In this document: positions 1-11,449 of the stretch, one piece after another
Numbering within the stretch: position 1 is the first letter of the stretch
Layout of the letters: each line of letters starts with the position of its first letter
Origin: the human T2T-CHM13v2.0 reference genome, Homo sapiens
Direction: 5' to 3' (one strand)
Assembly (NCBI RefSeq): GCF_009914755.1
Contig: NC_060926.1
Length of the DNA: 64,000 bases
Notes under the pieces: model-generated
Told to the model about the DNA's origin: nothing
The model's database searches: none
The model's input: the letters and a program-made list of their open reading frames with translations, nothing else
Position numbers and translations under genes: made by a program

Positions 1-2
1 GG

Positions 3-397
<395 letters not shown>

Positions 398-699
398 TTA
401 CACTCACCAAATTTGAAGTTTGAATGCTCTCTGTATATTTGATAAAGTTAGAGATTTAGTGTTAATTATTTTAGGTGTAATAGCAGCATTTATTACATTT
501 CTGATCGTGTTTCTGGACAATTGCAGTTCCAGATTCAGCTGCACTTTTCCTCTAGGTCTTCATTCCCTGAAGAGGTTGATATGGGCATCTGGTCTCATTC
601 CTGATGTATTCCTCAGATCAGAGTAGTTGTCAGTTTGAGGGATGAGAAAGGCATTTGTGTGAGAGAGCTGTGTGGACTTTGGCAGATAGGGAAAAAACA

Positions 700-1167
700 A
701 GAGTCCTGAGGTGCTATGTGTCCCATGCCTTTGGCTCCCCACCTTTTCCACCCTGCTGTCTGCCCTGAAAGGCCACCATTGCCTTCTGGCCTTGCTTGTC
801 TTTGGCCAGTGGGAAGTCTCAACAGGAAAGTTTGGAGAGAGGAAGAAGTGTGAGTTGGAGGATCTTGTCCCCCAGTTCTCTCTCTGCAGGATTGTCACAG
901 ATTAGCTGCCCTTCTAAACAACAGGTCATGGTTTGGGTGGCCCTGGCCACACAGTCCTCTCAGTTCCAGGCTCCAGGGACTGCTCCCTCCCCTTACCTCT
1001 TAAGGCCCAGGTATTATAATGGCACCTCCTGTCACTTCCCAGGATAGAGCCTTATCCACTCTGATTTCCTTACCCCCAGCCAACACCATCGTAAGCCGTC
1101 TGTTTATTAAACTCCCCTCAAATTTGAATGTGCCATCTGGTTCCTGCCATGGCCCATAGTTGATACA
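700..1167 (+). mobile_element. Ancient ERVL LTR, LTR33-like
   Basis: Ends tttgaatgtgccatctggttcctg...tgataca, as recalled for the LTR33 terminus; left boundary approximate. Confidence 0.6.
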
Positions 1168-1744
1168 GGCAGGGAGTGTCTGAAGCCAGAAATTCAGGAA
1201 ACCAAACCCTCAACTATATATGTGTGACTGCATGTGTGTAGATGTGTGCTTGAAAATAAACCTGTCCCATCATTGGCTCTTAAGTGAGAACAGGTACTAG
1301 AAGTAGAGGGCGAGTTTATGTCTTTGTGTGTGCGTATAATGTATAATATCCAAGCCAATTCTATTTGTTCATTTGTTAATATTAAGAAACATTGATTGAG
1401 TGCTTGTTAAATGATAAGATCCTTAGCAAGTACAGTGGATAAAAGACTACAGCTTGTTTTTTTTTTGTTTGTTTTTTTTTTAGGATTTGTAGTTTTTTGA
1501 CAGGGGAAAGGAGGAGTGTTTCCTTGGTAGGTTTTAACTATTGTAAAATGATGTAATTCATGCTGTATTAATAAGTTGAACATTCCTTATTTTGGCCTTT
1601 GTTGGAGCCCAAAATAAGAAGTGATTAATGATGTCTCTTAAAGGTATTAAAGGAGAGAAAAAGAGTCCGAGGATTTACCAAAAAGACATTTCATATTCTA
1701 TTAACCTGATTCTATAACCCTGTAAGCTGCAATTCAAAGGGTAA

Positions 1745-2003
1745 CCAACAGACCAGTGCCAATAAATGATATTGGTCTGTGACCAGATAATTTGAGAACT
1801 TGATTGTAGATGTTTAAAATTTTGTCTTATTGATTAATATAATAATAACAATTGGGCTTTAATTTGCATACCTTCTTTATTTCCTTTTTCCAGTAATTTC
1901 TTTTTACTGTATCTTACCAAAATATCAGTCTGTGACAGACTGAAAGTAACGGTAATAATAATATAAAAACTAGTCCTTTATCACAGATAGTGTGAGAAGC
2001 ACT
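1745..2003 (+). mobile_element. hAT-Charlie (MER119-like) DNA transposon, right-end fragment
   Basis: Terminal motif actagtcctttatcacagatagtgtgagaagcact. Confidence 0.5.
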
Positions 2004-2124
2004 ATCTGAGAAGGCAGAAACGTGGTTTTTGGCTTTTATTTTTTAATCTTTGGAGTTTACACAGTGCTTAAAGTGGCAATTTTATACAGTAAGTTTCCCC
2101 ACAAAGGCGAGAGGCAATTGTGCT

Positions 2125-2560
2125 TACAGGGTTTACCAGATGGAATCCCAATAAAAAATAAACAGAACACTCAAATTGGGTAATTTGAGAAGAGCTTAAT
2201 AAAGGGACAATCTATAAAGTTGTAGGCAGGCTGTGGTAATCAACAAAGGGTATTGCAATATTTCAGAGCTAGTGATAGCAGGGTAACTTACTGCCTTTAG
2301 GACTGAAGGGCTAAGGGAGGAGGCAGTCACTAAAATGTGAAGAAAGATTTATGGGATGACAGCTGCCTGATGGTGGCCATGACCTTTGGTCAATGAATAT
2401 GGAGCATAGCCATTCCACAGCAACCTCTAGGGAAAAACCTGGGGGAATAAATATTCTGACTTCACTCTTGTCCCTTCCCTGGATCTCTTGCTGGCTTTCC
2501 CCATTGGCTGAACCCAACTGGAAGCTAATTGGCAAGGGAATCCACTGATATAAGCAGAAC
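2125..2560 (-). mobile_element. LTR33-like LTR, inverted relative to 700-1167
   Basis: Reverse complement reads gagtgaagtcagaatatttattccccc..., homologous to ~840-880. Confidence 0.55.
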
Positions 2561-2950
2561 AGGAAGGGACTTTAGTGTATATGAAGTGGCAAGCTTAGAA
2601 GGTCTATCTATCTACTTTGGTCTACGTGCAGTCTGAGAACATGTATAGTTCAGTATACTGTGAGCATTTCCAGAGCAGAGGATGTGTCTTACATGTCATA
2701 AGTGTGTCATCAATATTTGCAAAAGCAAGGGATAAAATGGGTGCTGGAGAGACAGTTTAGGAAGCCAAGAGTCAAGGTGTAGATGTTTAAAAATTTGTAT
2801 TATTGATTAACATAATAATAAAAATTGGGATTTAATTTGTATATCTTGGCTAATCGCAAGTTCTTTAGACCACAGGCCTGGCCATACAAGATCAAGTCTT
2901 GCATGTGAAAGTGGAAATAGCAGAAGGTCCCTGTCATCCTGAGATTGCTC

Positions 2951-3261
<311 letters not shown>

Positions 3262-3650
3262 CTGAGATTGCTCCCTTACTCAGCAATTCTGGGGCCTCTT
3301 TTCCAGCATAATTCAGATGTAGATTATGTCAGTTCATTCACAAGTCTGAGAAAAGGAAAAGAATGTGCAGGTTTTGACCCAAAAGCTTGAGGAGAGAGAT
3401 AGGAGTTACATAGTGGTCTGAGATTGAGGGACTGGGGACAAATCTAGGGAAGTCTTGAGGAGGTGGGAGTTCAGTCTGTTCAGAATGAGAAGAGATGATA
3501 TCTAGGGAGAGAAGAAATTGTGAGAAATTTGTACAGATAAGGAAGGAACCAATGTTCATTTATAACTTGTTGAATCCATGATCTCATGGATTCTTTCTTC
3601 TTTGCAGTTCTGCTTTTCCAGAATCCTGCCCTTTCCAAAAGGAAGACAGT

Positions 3651-3665
3651 ATGATTAAGTTCCAG
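3651..3665 (+). CDS. ZNF806: First coding exon segment (MIKFQ); exon spans 3608-3665
   Basis: Acceptor ttctttgcag ends at 3607; ATG at 3651 has A at -3; ATGATTAAGTTCCAG is followed by donor gtaagt at 3666. Confidence 0.85.
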
Positions 3666-3869
3666 GTAAGTTAAGGGTTTCTTTCTCTTTAAATATACTG
3701 TTCATTCTGAGGAACCAGCACTTCTGTTTTCTGAAAGGTCAGCATTTTTTGAGTGACTACTATGTATTAGGTACTTCATCTTGCTCATAATGACTTTGTG
3801 AGGCAGGTGGTTTGACTCCCTTTATAGAAGTGAAGAAACAAACTCACAGATTTCAAGATGTCTACTTTG

Positions 3870-4075
3870 GTGCTACTCTAAGTGTGGTTCATGTACCAGT
3901 ACCAGTCCATGAACTGCTTATCACTGCCCCATGAGGGAAAAAGAATCAAGACTAAGTTCAGAAGCTTTTATAGCAATTTGGTGTTGCCGCAGCATCTGAG
4001 TGCATGGGCAGCATATACATGACCATACTCTAAATGTCACTGGTCTCGTTTGATAAGTAACAAGATTTGAATGGG
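3870..4075 (+). mobile_element. hAT-Charlie (MER119-like) left-end fragment
   Basis: gtgctactctaagtgtggttc...agaagcttttatagcaatttg. Confidence 0.5.
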
Positions 4076-4077
4076 TA

Positions 4078-4488
4078 TGTATTGGTCAGAGTTCAACCAG
4101 CAAGGTAGAACCAGTAAGAGATATATATTAAGAGATTTATCATAAGGAATTGATTTATATGATTATGGGGGCTAACTAGGCAAGTCCAAAATCCACAGGG
4201 CAGTCCCTCAGGAAGGGTGGGCCAGAACTCTTAGACACAGACTGAAGCTGCTGTCTATGGGTGGAATTTCTCCCCCTCCCAGGGAAGCCTCAGCTCTGCT
4301 CATAAGACCGTTCAGTTTTTTGAGTCAGACATACTCAGATTAGTTAGAATAATCTCCCTTAAAGTCAACTGATTATGGACTTTAATCACATCTACAAATT
4401 ATCTTCATAGCAATACCTAGATTAGTGTTTGATTCAATAACTGAGGACCATAGCTTAGCCAAGTTGCCATATTAAAAAGACCGTCACA
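4078..4488 (-). mobile_element. MLT2-family ERVL LTR
   Basis: tgtattggtcagagttc...aagtcaactgattatggactttaatcacatctacaaa...tagccaagttg...tcaca. Confidence 0.75.
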
Positions 4489-6904
4489 GTGTGGAGGAAG
4501 GATTTTCTTTTAATCATGAAAAAAATTAATTATGAAAATACACAAAAAGAACAAATGGTATTATGAGGCTCCATTTGCAGTACCCATCATGCAGTTTCAA
4601 CAATTAACTTATTGCCGAAGGGATTTGCTTACTCTCTTTTTCAGTTTTTTCTTTCCCAGAGTATTTGAAAGAGGCAGGGTATTTACACTGTATTGGTTTT
4701 TCTCTGAGCACATCACTTTTGTATAGTACCTTATTATATATGCAGCTAAAATGAATGAGCTCACACTTTTATCCTTCTGCCTGGAAACCATCTTGCCCAA
4801 GTCCAAGATTCATTAGGTACATTTTCTATCTTCCAAATTACAGCAACAATTTACCAAGTGTTCACCACTACATCACCCAGGTCACCATTTTTCCAGCCTC
4901 CTATAACAGTGTCCTCAATTGTTATGGCCTGGACCTAAAGCCAATACCATGAGTATTTGGTAGCACTCTGCTGGTTTTGGTTAGCTTGGGTGTGTCCTCA
5001 TAGTGAAGACAGAGGGACAAGAGAGCAAGTGAACACGTGAGATCTGTCAAGGCCCAGGTTAGAAATGGCACATTCTCACTTCTGCTTCATTTTGGTAGCC
5101 AGAGCAAGTTACATTGCCAAGTCAAAACTAAAGGGGTAAGAAAACACACTCTGGTCCTTTAGTGGGATTGGTGAGCATGGAAGAGGATATTTCTAAACAG
5201 CAATCTAATTTACTACATTCTCTATGTATTTCAGTATATATTTCCTTAAAAACTGACTAATGAGATAATCAATAATTATTTGGTATTATCTAATACCCAG
5301 ACAATAACCAAGTTTCCCTGATTATCTCAAAAAATTTTTGACAGTTGGTTTGTTCAAATGGGATCTTACCAAAGGTCTATACTATCATATAGTTGGTGGT
5401 TGTGTCTCATAATCTCTTTTAATCTAGAGAAATCTGCCCCTCTACTTTATTCTCTCCTGCTATTGACTTGTAGAAACCAAGTTTGGTGTCCTGTGTTCTT
5501 TCCTACATTTGGAATGCATTTGTTTGCTTCCTTTTGGTGTCTTTCAATGTGTTACTCTATCCATAGTATTTCTTGTAAGTGGAAGCACCAGATGCTTGAA
5601 TAGATTCAGGTTCAAGGTTTTACAAGAATACTTCATAGATGGTTATACAAGAATACTTCAGAGAGGAAAATATTTATAGGTTTTTGCAAGTGTTTATTCG
5701 TTGAAAAATTTGGTTTCTTAATATTTTGGGGCTGTCCTTGTATCTGCATCCTATGACAATCGCTGCCTAGGATTCCTACAAGGCATCCATCCAGCTACAA
5801 GGGTGGTGGAGAAATGAGTGTTTTGTTTTCCCAGGCTCTATAGTTGAGGCAGAGAAGGGAGAATGGGGTGTAGGCTGGGTGAACCTCTATTCCTAACCCC
5901 TTCTCCCTACATTGGAACACCCCAAGCAGACTTCAGGGTATCTGTATTTCCTGAATGATTAACTCCAATTCAATTTTGTTGCCTCCCACAGAAGAAGGCA
6001 TACAGTAGTGTTACTGAGAGAGTGATGCTATTAGGACAACCGTGCTGACTCCCCTAGATTTTGTTTTTAATCATTGTCAGATTTTGGTAATTGGACAATT
6101 GTTAGGAACATATTCTTTGTGAAGTCCTTTGTAACTGCTTACAACTTTCATTTGAAAGCTCTGCATTATTTAGAGATGCAGAGTCTATTGAGAGAACATA
6201 TCTGTAAATACTTAACTCTGAGCAGTGTGATATATGCAGCAATAGAAATATTTTATGTAAAAATTGTTTTCTTGATTAGGAGATGGTTATTAATATGAGA
6301 TTAATCCCCACATCATTTTATTTTGAGAAATTTCAATTTATCAGGAAAATGAAAGAATAGCATAATGTGTAATCTTCACATAGATTCACCAATTGTTAAC
6401 AATCACCCATAAACATATGCATAATATACATATATACACACACATATCTATATTTTATTTTGATGACCCAGTTGGGGATATATTGCAGGCATGATTATAA
6501 TTCATCCCTAAATATTTCAGCTTGTATCTCCTAAGAGTAAGAGCATTTTCCTACATTTCCACGTTACTGCTAACATACTCAAGAAATTTCACGTTGATAC
6601 CACTATTTTTTAATACCTAGTTGATATCCAAGTGTTCTTAATTATGATAATAATCTCCCTTTTCTCTACTGTGTTTTTTGAATCTGGGAGTCAGGCTTTT
6701 GTTACCCTGTCTTCTTAGTTCCTTTTAACATGATACAAATAGATTAATCTGCCATGAAAAAGTGAAAATACCAAATCTTGGTGTGTGATGAGAAATGAAC
6801 TCATGGAACAGTACTAGACTTGTGTATCAGCACAACACCTTAGTATAGATTTATCTGTGCCTATTTCCTGGGCCATATTTTATAATTTGATTAATATTGT
6901 CCTT

Positions 6905-7162
6905 TGGGAATCCCTGATCCAATAGGATTAATGTCCTTATGAGACAGCCTCAACAGAGCTTGCTCTCATTCTCCCTCTGCCATGTAAGGACACAGTGAGA
7001 GGACAGCTGTCTACAAGCCAAGAGAAGAAACCTGAATGAAACCTATCTTGGTGGTACTTGATCTTAGACTTTCCAACCTCCAGAAAAGTAAGAAGTTAGT
7101 TTATTTTGTTTAACCTAATCAGACTGTGGTATTTTATTAAGGCAGCCCAAACAGACTAAGAC
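6905..7162 (+). mobile_element. MaLR LTR fragment (MLT1A/MST-like)
   Basis: ctgccatgtaaggacacagtgag...gcagcccaaacagactaagac. Confidence 0.7.
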
Positions 7163-7209
7163 CAGTCATTTGTGTGGATGATTGACGTGGCATGTGGTTG
7201 ATGTTTTAG

Positions 7210-7336
7210 GAAAGGGTGACATTCAAGGACATAGCTGTTATCTTCACCAAGGAAGAGCTGGCAGTATTGGATAAAGCCCAGATAAACCTGTACCAAGACG
7301 TGATGCTGGAAAACTTCAGGAACTTCATCTCAGTGG
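7210..7336 (+). CDS. ZNF806: KRAB-A box exon ([42 protein letters not shown])
   Basis: Canonical 127-nt KRAB-A exon with ttttag acceptor, gtgagt donor at 7337 (phase 1), and VTFKD and DVMLENFRN motifs. Confidence 0.93.
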
Positions 7337-7932
7337 GTGAGTAACTGAGCATCAGACCACTGGACCTGTGTCCTGAAATCATCATTTCAAACCACATAGA
7401 AAACTCCAGTTAGATCACAAAGATAAACTTTGACCACTGGAAAGAAAACACCCAAGAGATGCATGTGCAGGTTAGAACCCTGCAGTTAATGAGCTTTTAC
7501 AGATCAATGTGAGGATCTGGCCCCTTGTGATGGATTTGTGAGGGAGCTCTCCCCAAATCTCATACCCCTGGCCTGTGGGCATTCAATGCAGGCAGTAATC
7601 CCTCCCTCCCCTAATCACACATTTAGGCTCTCATTCTTTCCTCATATTTCTCAGAATGAGACATAAAATTCACACATCACCAAGAGCCCTGATCTATTGG
7701 ATGCTTCTGGAGAAAAATCAATGTTTATCCAATGTTTTGGATAAATCAGTGTTAAAGGAACAAAGGGAGAACTTTGATTTGGTTGGCAGTTACAATAGCC
7801 AACACTTACTGGTATGTAGTAAGTGTAATCTAAGTGTTGGCTTATTTGATTACTTTTTGATAAATATCTAACCTCATTTTCATTTCTCAGAGGTTCATAT
7901 ACAGTTATGTGCTACCTAGGTTTATGAGATAG

Positions 7933-8299
7933 AGATATGGTTTGGCTATATCCCTACCCAAGTCTCATCTTGAATTGTAGTTTCCATAATTCCCACATGT
8001 TGTAGGTGGGGCCCGGTAGGAGGTAACTGAATCATGGGGCAGGGGTCTTTCTCATGCTGTTCTTATGAGAGTGACAAGTCTCATGAGATTTGATGGTTTT
8101 ATAAATTGGTGTTCTCCTGCACAGGCTTTCTCTTTGACTGACACCATGTAGGATGTACCTTTGCTCTTCCTTCACCTTCTGCCATGATTTTGAGGCCTCC
8201 ACAGCCATATGGAAATATGAGTCAATTAAACCTCTTTCCTTTATAAATTACCCAGTCTTGGGTATGTCTTTATTAGAAACATGAGAATGGACTAATACA
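7933..8299 (+). mobile_element. THE1 solo LTR
   Basis: gatatggtttggct...ggactaataca; 5-bp target-site duplication GATAG (7928-7932 and 8300-8304). Confidence 0.9.
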
Positions 8300-8331
8300 G
8301 ATAGTTACTGTTATTATCCCCCTTTTATGGA

Positions 8332-9675
8332 CGTATTACTCTGTTTTCACACTGCTGATAAAGACATACCTGAGACTGGGCAATTTACAAAAGATAGAGA
8401 TGTATTGGACTTACAGTTCCACATCCCTGGGGAGGCCTCATAGTCATGGTGGAAGGTGAAAGGCACGTCTTACATGGTGGCAGACAAGAGAAGAGAGCTT
8501 GTGCAGGAAACCCCCCCACCTTTTTTTTTTTTTTTAAGAGTCTGGCTCTGTAGCCAGGCTAAAGTACAGTGGTGCTATCTTGGCTCACTGCAACCTCCAA
8601 CTACCAAGTTCAGGCAATTCTCCTGCCTTAGCCAACCCAGTATCTGGGACTACAGGCATGCACCACCATGCCCAGCAAATTTTTGTATTTTTTAGTACAG
8701 ACAGGGTTTCACCATGTTGGCCAGGATTGTCTCAATCTCTTGACCTCGTGATCAACCCACTTTGGCCTCCCAAAGTGCTGGGATTACAGGTGTGAGCCAC
8801 TGTACCCATTCAGAATCTCCCTTTTAAAAACTATCAGATCTCATGAGACTCATTCACTATCATGAGAACAACACAGGAAAGACCCGCCCCATAATTCAAT
8901 CGCCTCCTACAGGGTTCCTCCCATGACACATGGGAATTGTGGGAGTTACAATTCAAGATGAGATTTGGGTGGGGACACAGCCAAACCATATTATCCCACC
9001 CCGGCCCCTCCCAAGTCTTATGTCCTTACATTTCAAAACCAATCATGCCTCCCAACAGTCCCACAAAGTCTTAACTCATTTCAGCATTAACTCAAAATTC
9101 CACAGTCCAGTGTCTCATCTGAGACAAGCCAAGTATCTTCCATCTATGAGCCTGTAAAATAAAAAAACAATTTATTTACTTCCTAGATACAGTGCAGGTA
9201 CAGGCATTGTGTAAATGCTGCTGTTCCAAATGGGAGAAATTGGCCAAAACAAAGGGGCTACAGGCCCCATGCAAGTCTGAAATCCAACGGGGCAGTCAAA
9301 TCTTAAAGCTCGAAAGTGATCTCCTTTGACTCCATGTCTTGCATCCTGGTCACGCTGATGTAAGAGATGAGTTTCCATGGTCTTGGGCAGCTCCACCCCT
9401 GTGGTTCTGCAGAGTATAGTCTCCCTTCCGGCTGCTTTTGTGGGCTGGTGTTGAGTGTTTGTGGCTTTTCCAGGCACACGGTGCAAGCTGTCGGATCTAG
9501 CATTCTGCTGTCTGAAGGACAGTGGCCCTCTTCTCACAGCTCCACTAGGTAGTGCCCTGCTAGGGACTCTGTGTGGGGGCTGTGACATGTGGGAATTATG
9601 GGACATGACACTTGGGAATTATGGGAGTTACAATTCAAGAAGAGATTTGGGTGGGGACACAGCCAAACCATACCA
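8332..9675 (-). mobile_element. Internally deleted THE1 element (LTR 8332-8992, internal 8993-9580, partial LTR 9581-9675)
   Basis: THE1 LTR and internal sequence; target-site duplication ATGGA (8327-8331 and 9676-9680). It interrupts a MIR that resumes at 9676. Confidence 0.88.
8520..8810 (-). mobile_element. AluS inserted in the THE1 LTR
   Basis: Antisense Alu dimer with poly(T). Confidence 0.9.
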
Positions 9676-10999
9676 ATGGATGAAACAACTGAGTCACAGA
9701 ATTAATAACTTGCCCATGATTACACAGCTTATAAGAAGAACTAGGATTTGAGCCCTCCTAATCTGGCCCTAGGTCCTGTGCTTTTAATAAATAACCTCGT
9801 TAAACCAAAGTGTAATCTGGAGACACAGGACCTTCTACATAAATCTGCATATCCCTGCAGTTGTTTCTCAAACTGCAGGATAAAACCCTCTTGGTGAGTC
9901 CTGAAATCAAATTACTGTGTCATAACTAGCAATTTTTAAAAAGCAAAATAGATTAATAGAGCAGAAAACAGAAGAATTTATCAAAATGCATTGCACATCG
10001 TATGTAAGTATCAGCTGATAAAACTTCTGTTTTAGTGAGCAGTCTGTGTTGATGTCCGTGCCTATTCCTACTGAGTCACAATGCTGATTTTATTGTGGGT
10101 TACAATCAAAACAATTGGGAAACCACTGCTTAAAACCCATCTGGGGCAGCTCATGGTCTCCCTTTCCCTGATACTATCTTATAAACTAAAGTCACTTTCA
10201 ATAAAACAACCCAGAAAGGACCTTGAACCAGAAGCAGTATCCAGTGGGACTTGACCATGATATTCATGCCATTTTGAAACCCATCTTAGGGTCCCAAAAA
10301 TATGATCATCCTCTTCTGCCTCAGCCCCCTGTTTGTTATATACCACAGTCTTGCTTCCCTGGGTGCCAGGCCATTGACAGTGCCACAGTATCTGTTCCCC
10401 ATTCTCATTCATGGCTGTTTGAGATTCTGCAATAACTTAAAAGGTCAGAACTTAAGGAAATGGATTATAGTATCTGAGTGGTCTCTATCTTTTCATGAAG
10501 ACAAAGAATCTTGGGGAAAATAAAAAGGATGTCTCTTAAAGCTTGTCTCAGAGGTTTACATATGCATCCCCGCACAACGCCAGGACCAAGTTTCACAATG
10601 TTTATCCCTATTTCAATCCCCATTGCCTTTTTATCCCCATCCCCTTAAGGCTCACCATGTACAGTTGTGCAGGTTGTACACAAACATACATGATAGTCCT
10701 CCATATGACAGTGATGTGAAGGAAGGGAAGCCATCAGGAGATAGGACTTGCTTGTTTCTGAAACCTCTTGTGACCCTTGTGTCCCTTACTCTGCCCGACA
10801 TATAAAAAACACTCCATCAATATGTATTATTTCTATACACACATATACTACGTAAAATGGGAGTCTTTCCCATACCTTTTGTAGCAAGATTATTAAAGTC
10901 TTTTTATTGACCACTCTTATAAGGGGGAGGTGAATTTCTTCCTTCATAAATTTTTCCTAAGATTTCCTTTTATTCTTTTTTGCTGTGTGGGGGTGGAAA

Positions 11000-11266
11000 T
11001 GTCTTGCTCTGTCACCCAGGCTGGAATGCAGTGACACAATCTTGGATCACTGCAGCCTCTGTGTCCCAGGATTAAGCAATCTTCCAACTTCAGATTTCCA
11101 GGTAGCTGGGATCATAGGCAAAACAGAACCAATTTTCAATTTTTTTGTAGAGATGCGATCTCACCATACTGCCCAGCCTGGTCTTGATCTCCTGAGCTTG
11201 AGTGATCCTCCCACCTCAGCCTCTGAAAGTGTTGCTGTGACAGGCATAAGCCACTGCACCTGGCCA
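11000..11266 (-). mobile_element. AluJ-like (diverged)
   Basis: tcttgctctgtcacccaggctggaatgcagtg...gccactgcacctggcc. Confidence 0.85.
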
Positions 11267-11449
11267 AGATTTCTCTTAATTTCCCTACAATACTTGATTT
11301 CTAATTGGCAGCTCACAGGTTAGAATTACTGTGGCTTTAACTGTTTCCCATGCCAATAGAAGCCAGGGACAACTTCCCACCCCATCATATTTCATTTTCT
11401 CAAAATCTCTGGACAGGTGATTCACAAATTCTCTTTCTTCTCATGGGAG

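Noticed and set aside
7640-7871. KRAB-B exon downstream of KRAB-A
   Set aside because: An acceptor-like tctcag is present, but there is no convincing KPxxIxxLExGxEPW-type motif; ZNF285 as recalled also lacks KRAB-B.
11350-11442. ATG at 11350 as the start of a 575-aa single-exon gene
   Set aside because: This is intronic, pyrimidine-rich sequence before the acceptor; the true N-terminus comes from the exons at 3651 and 7210.
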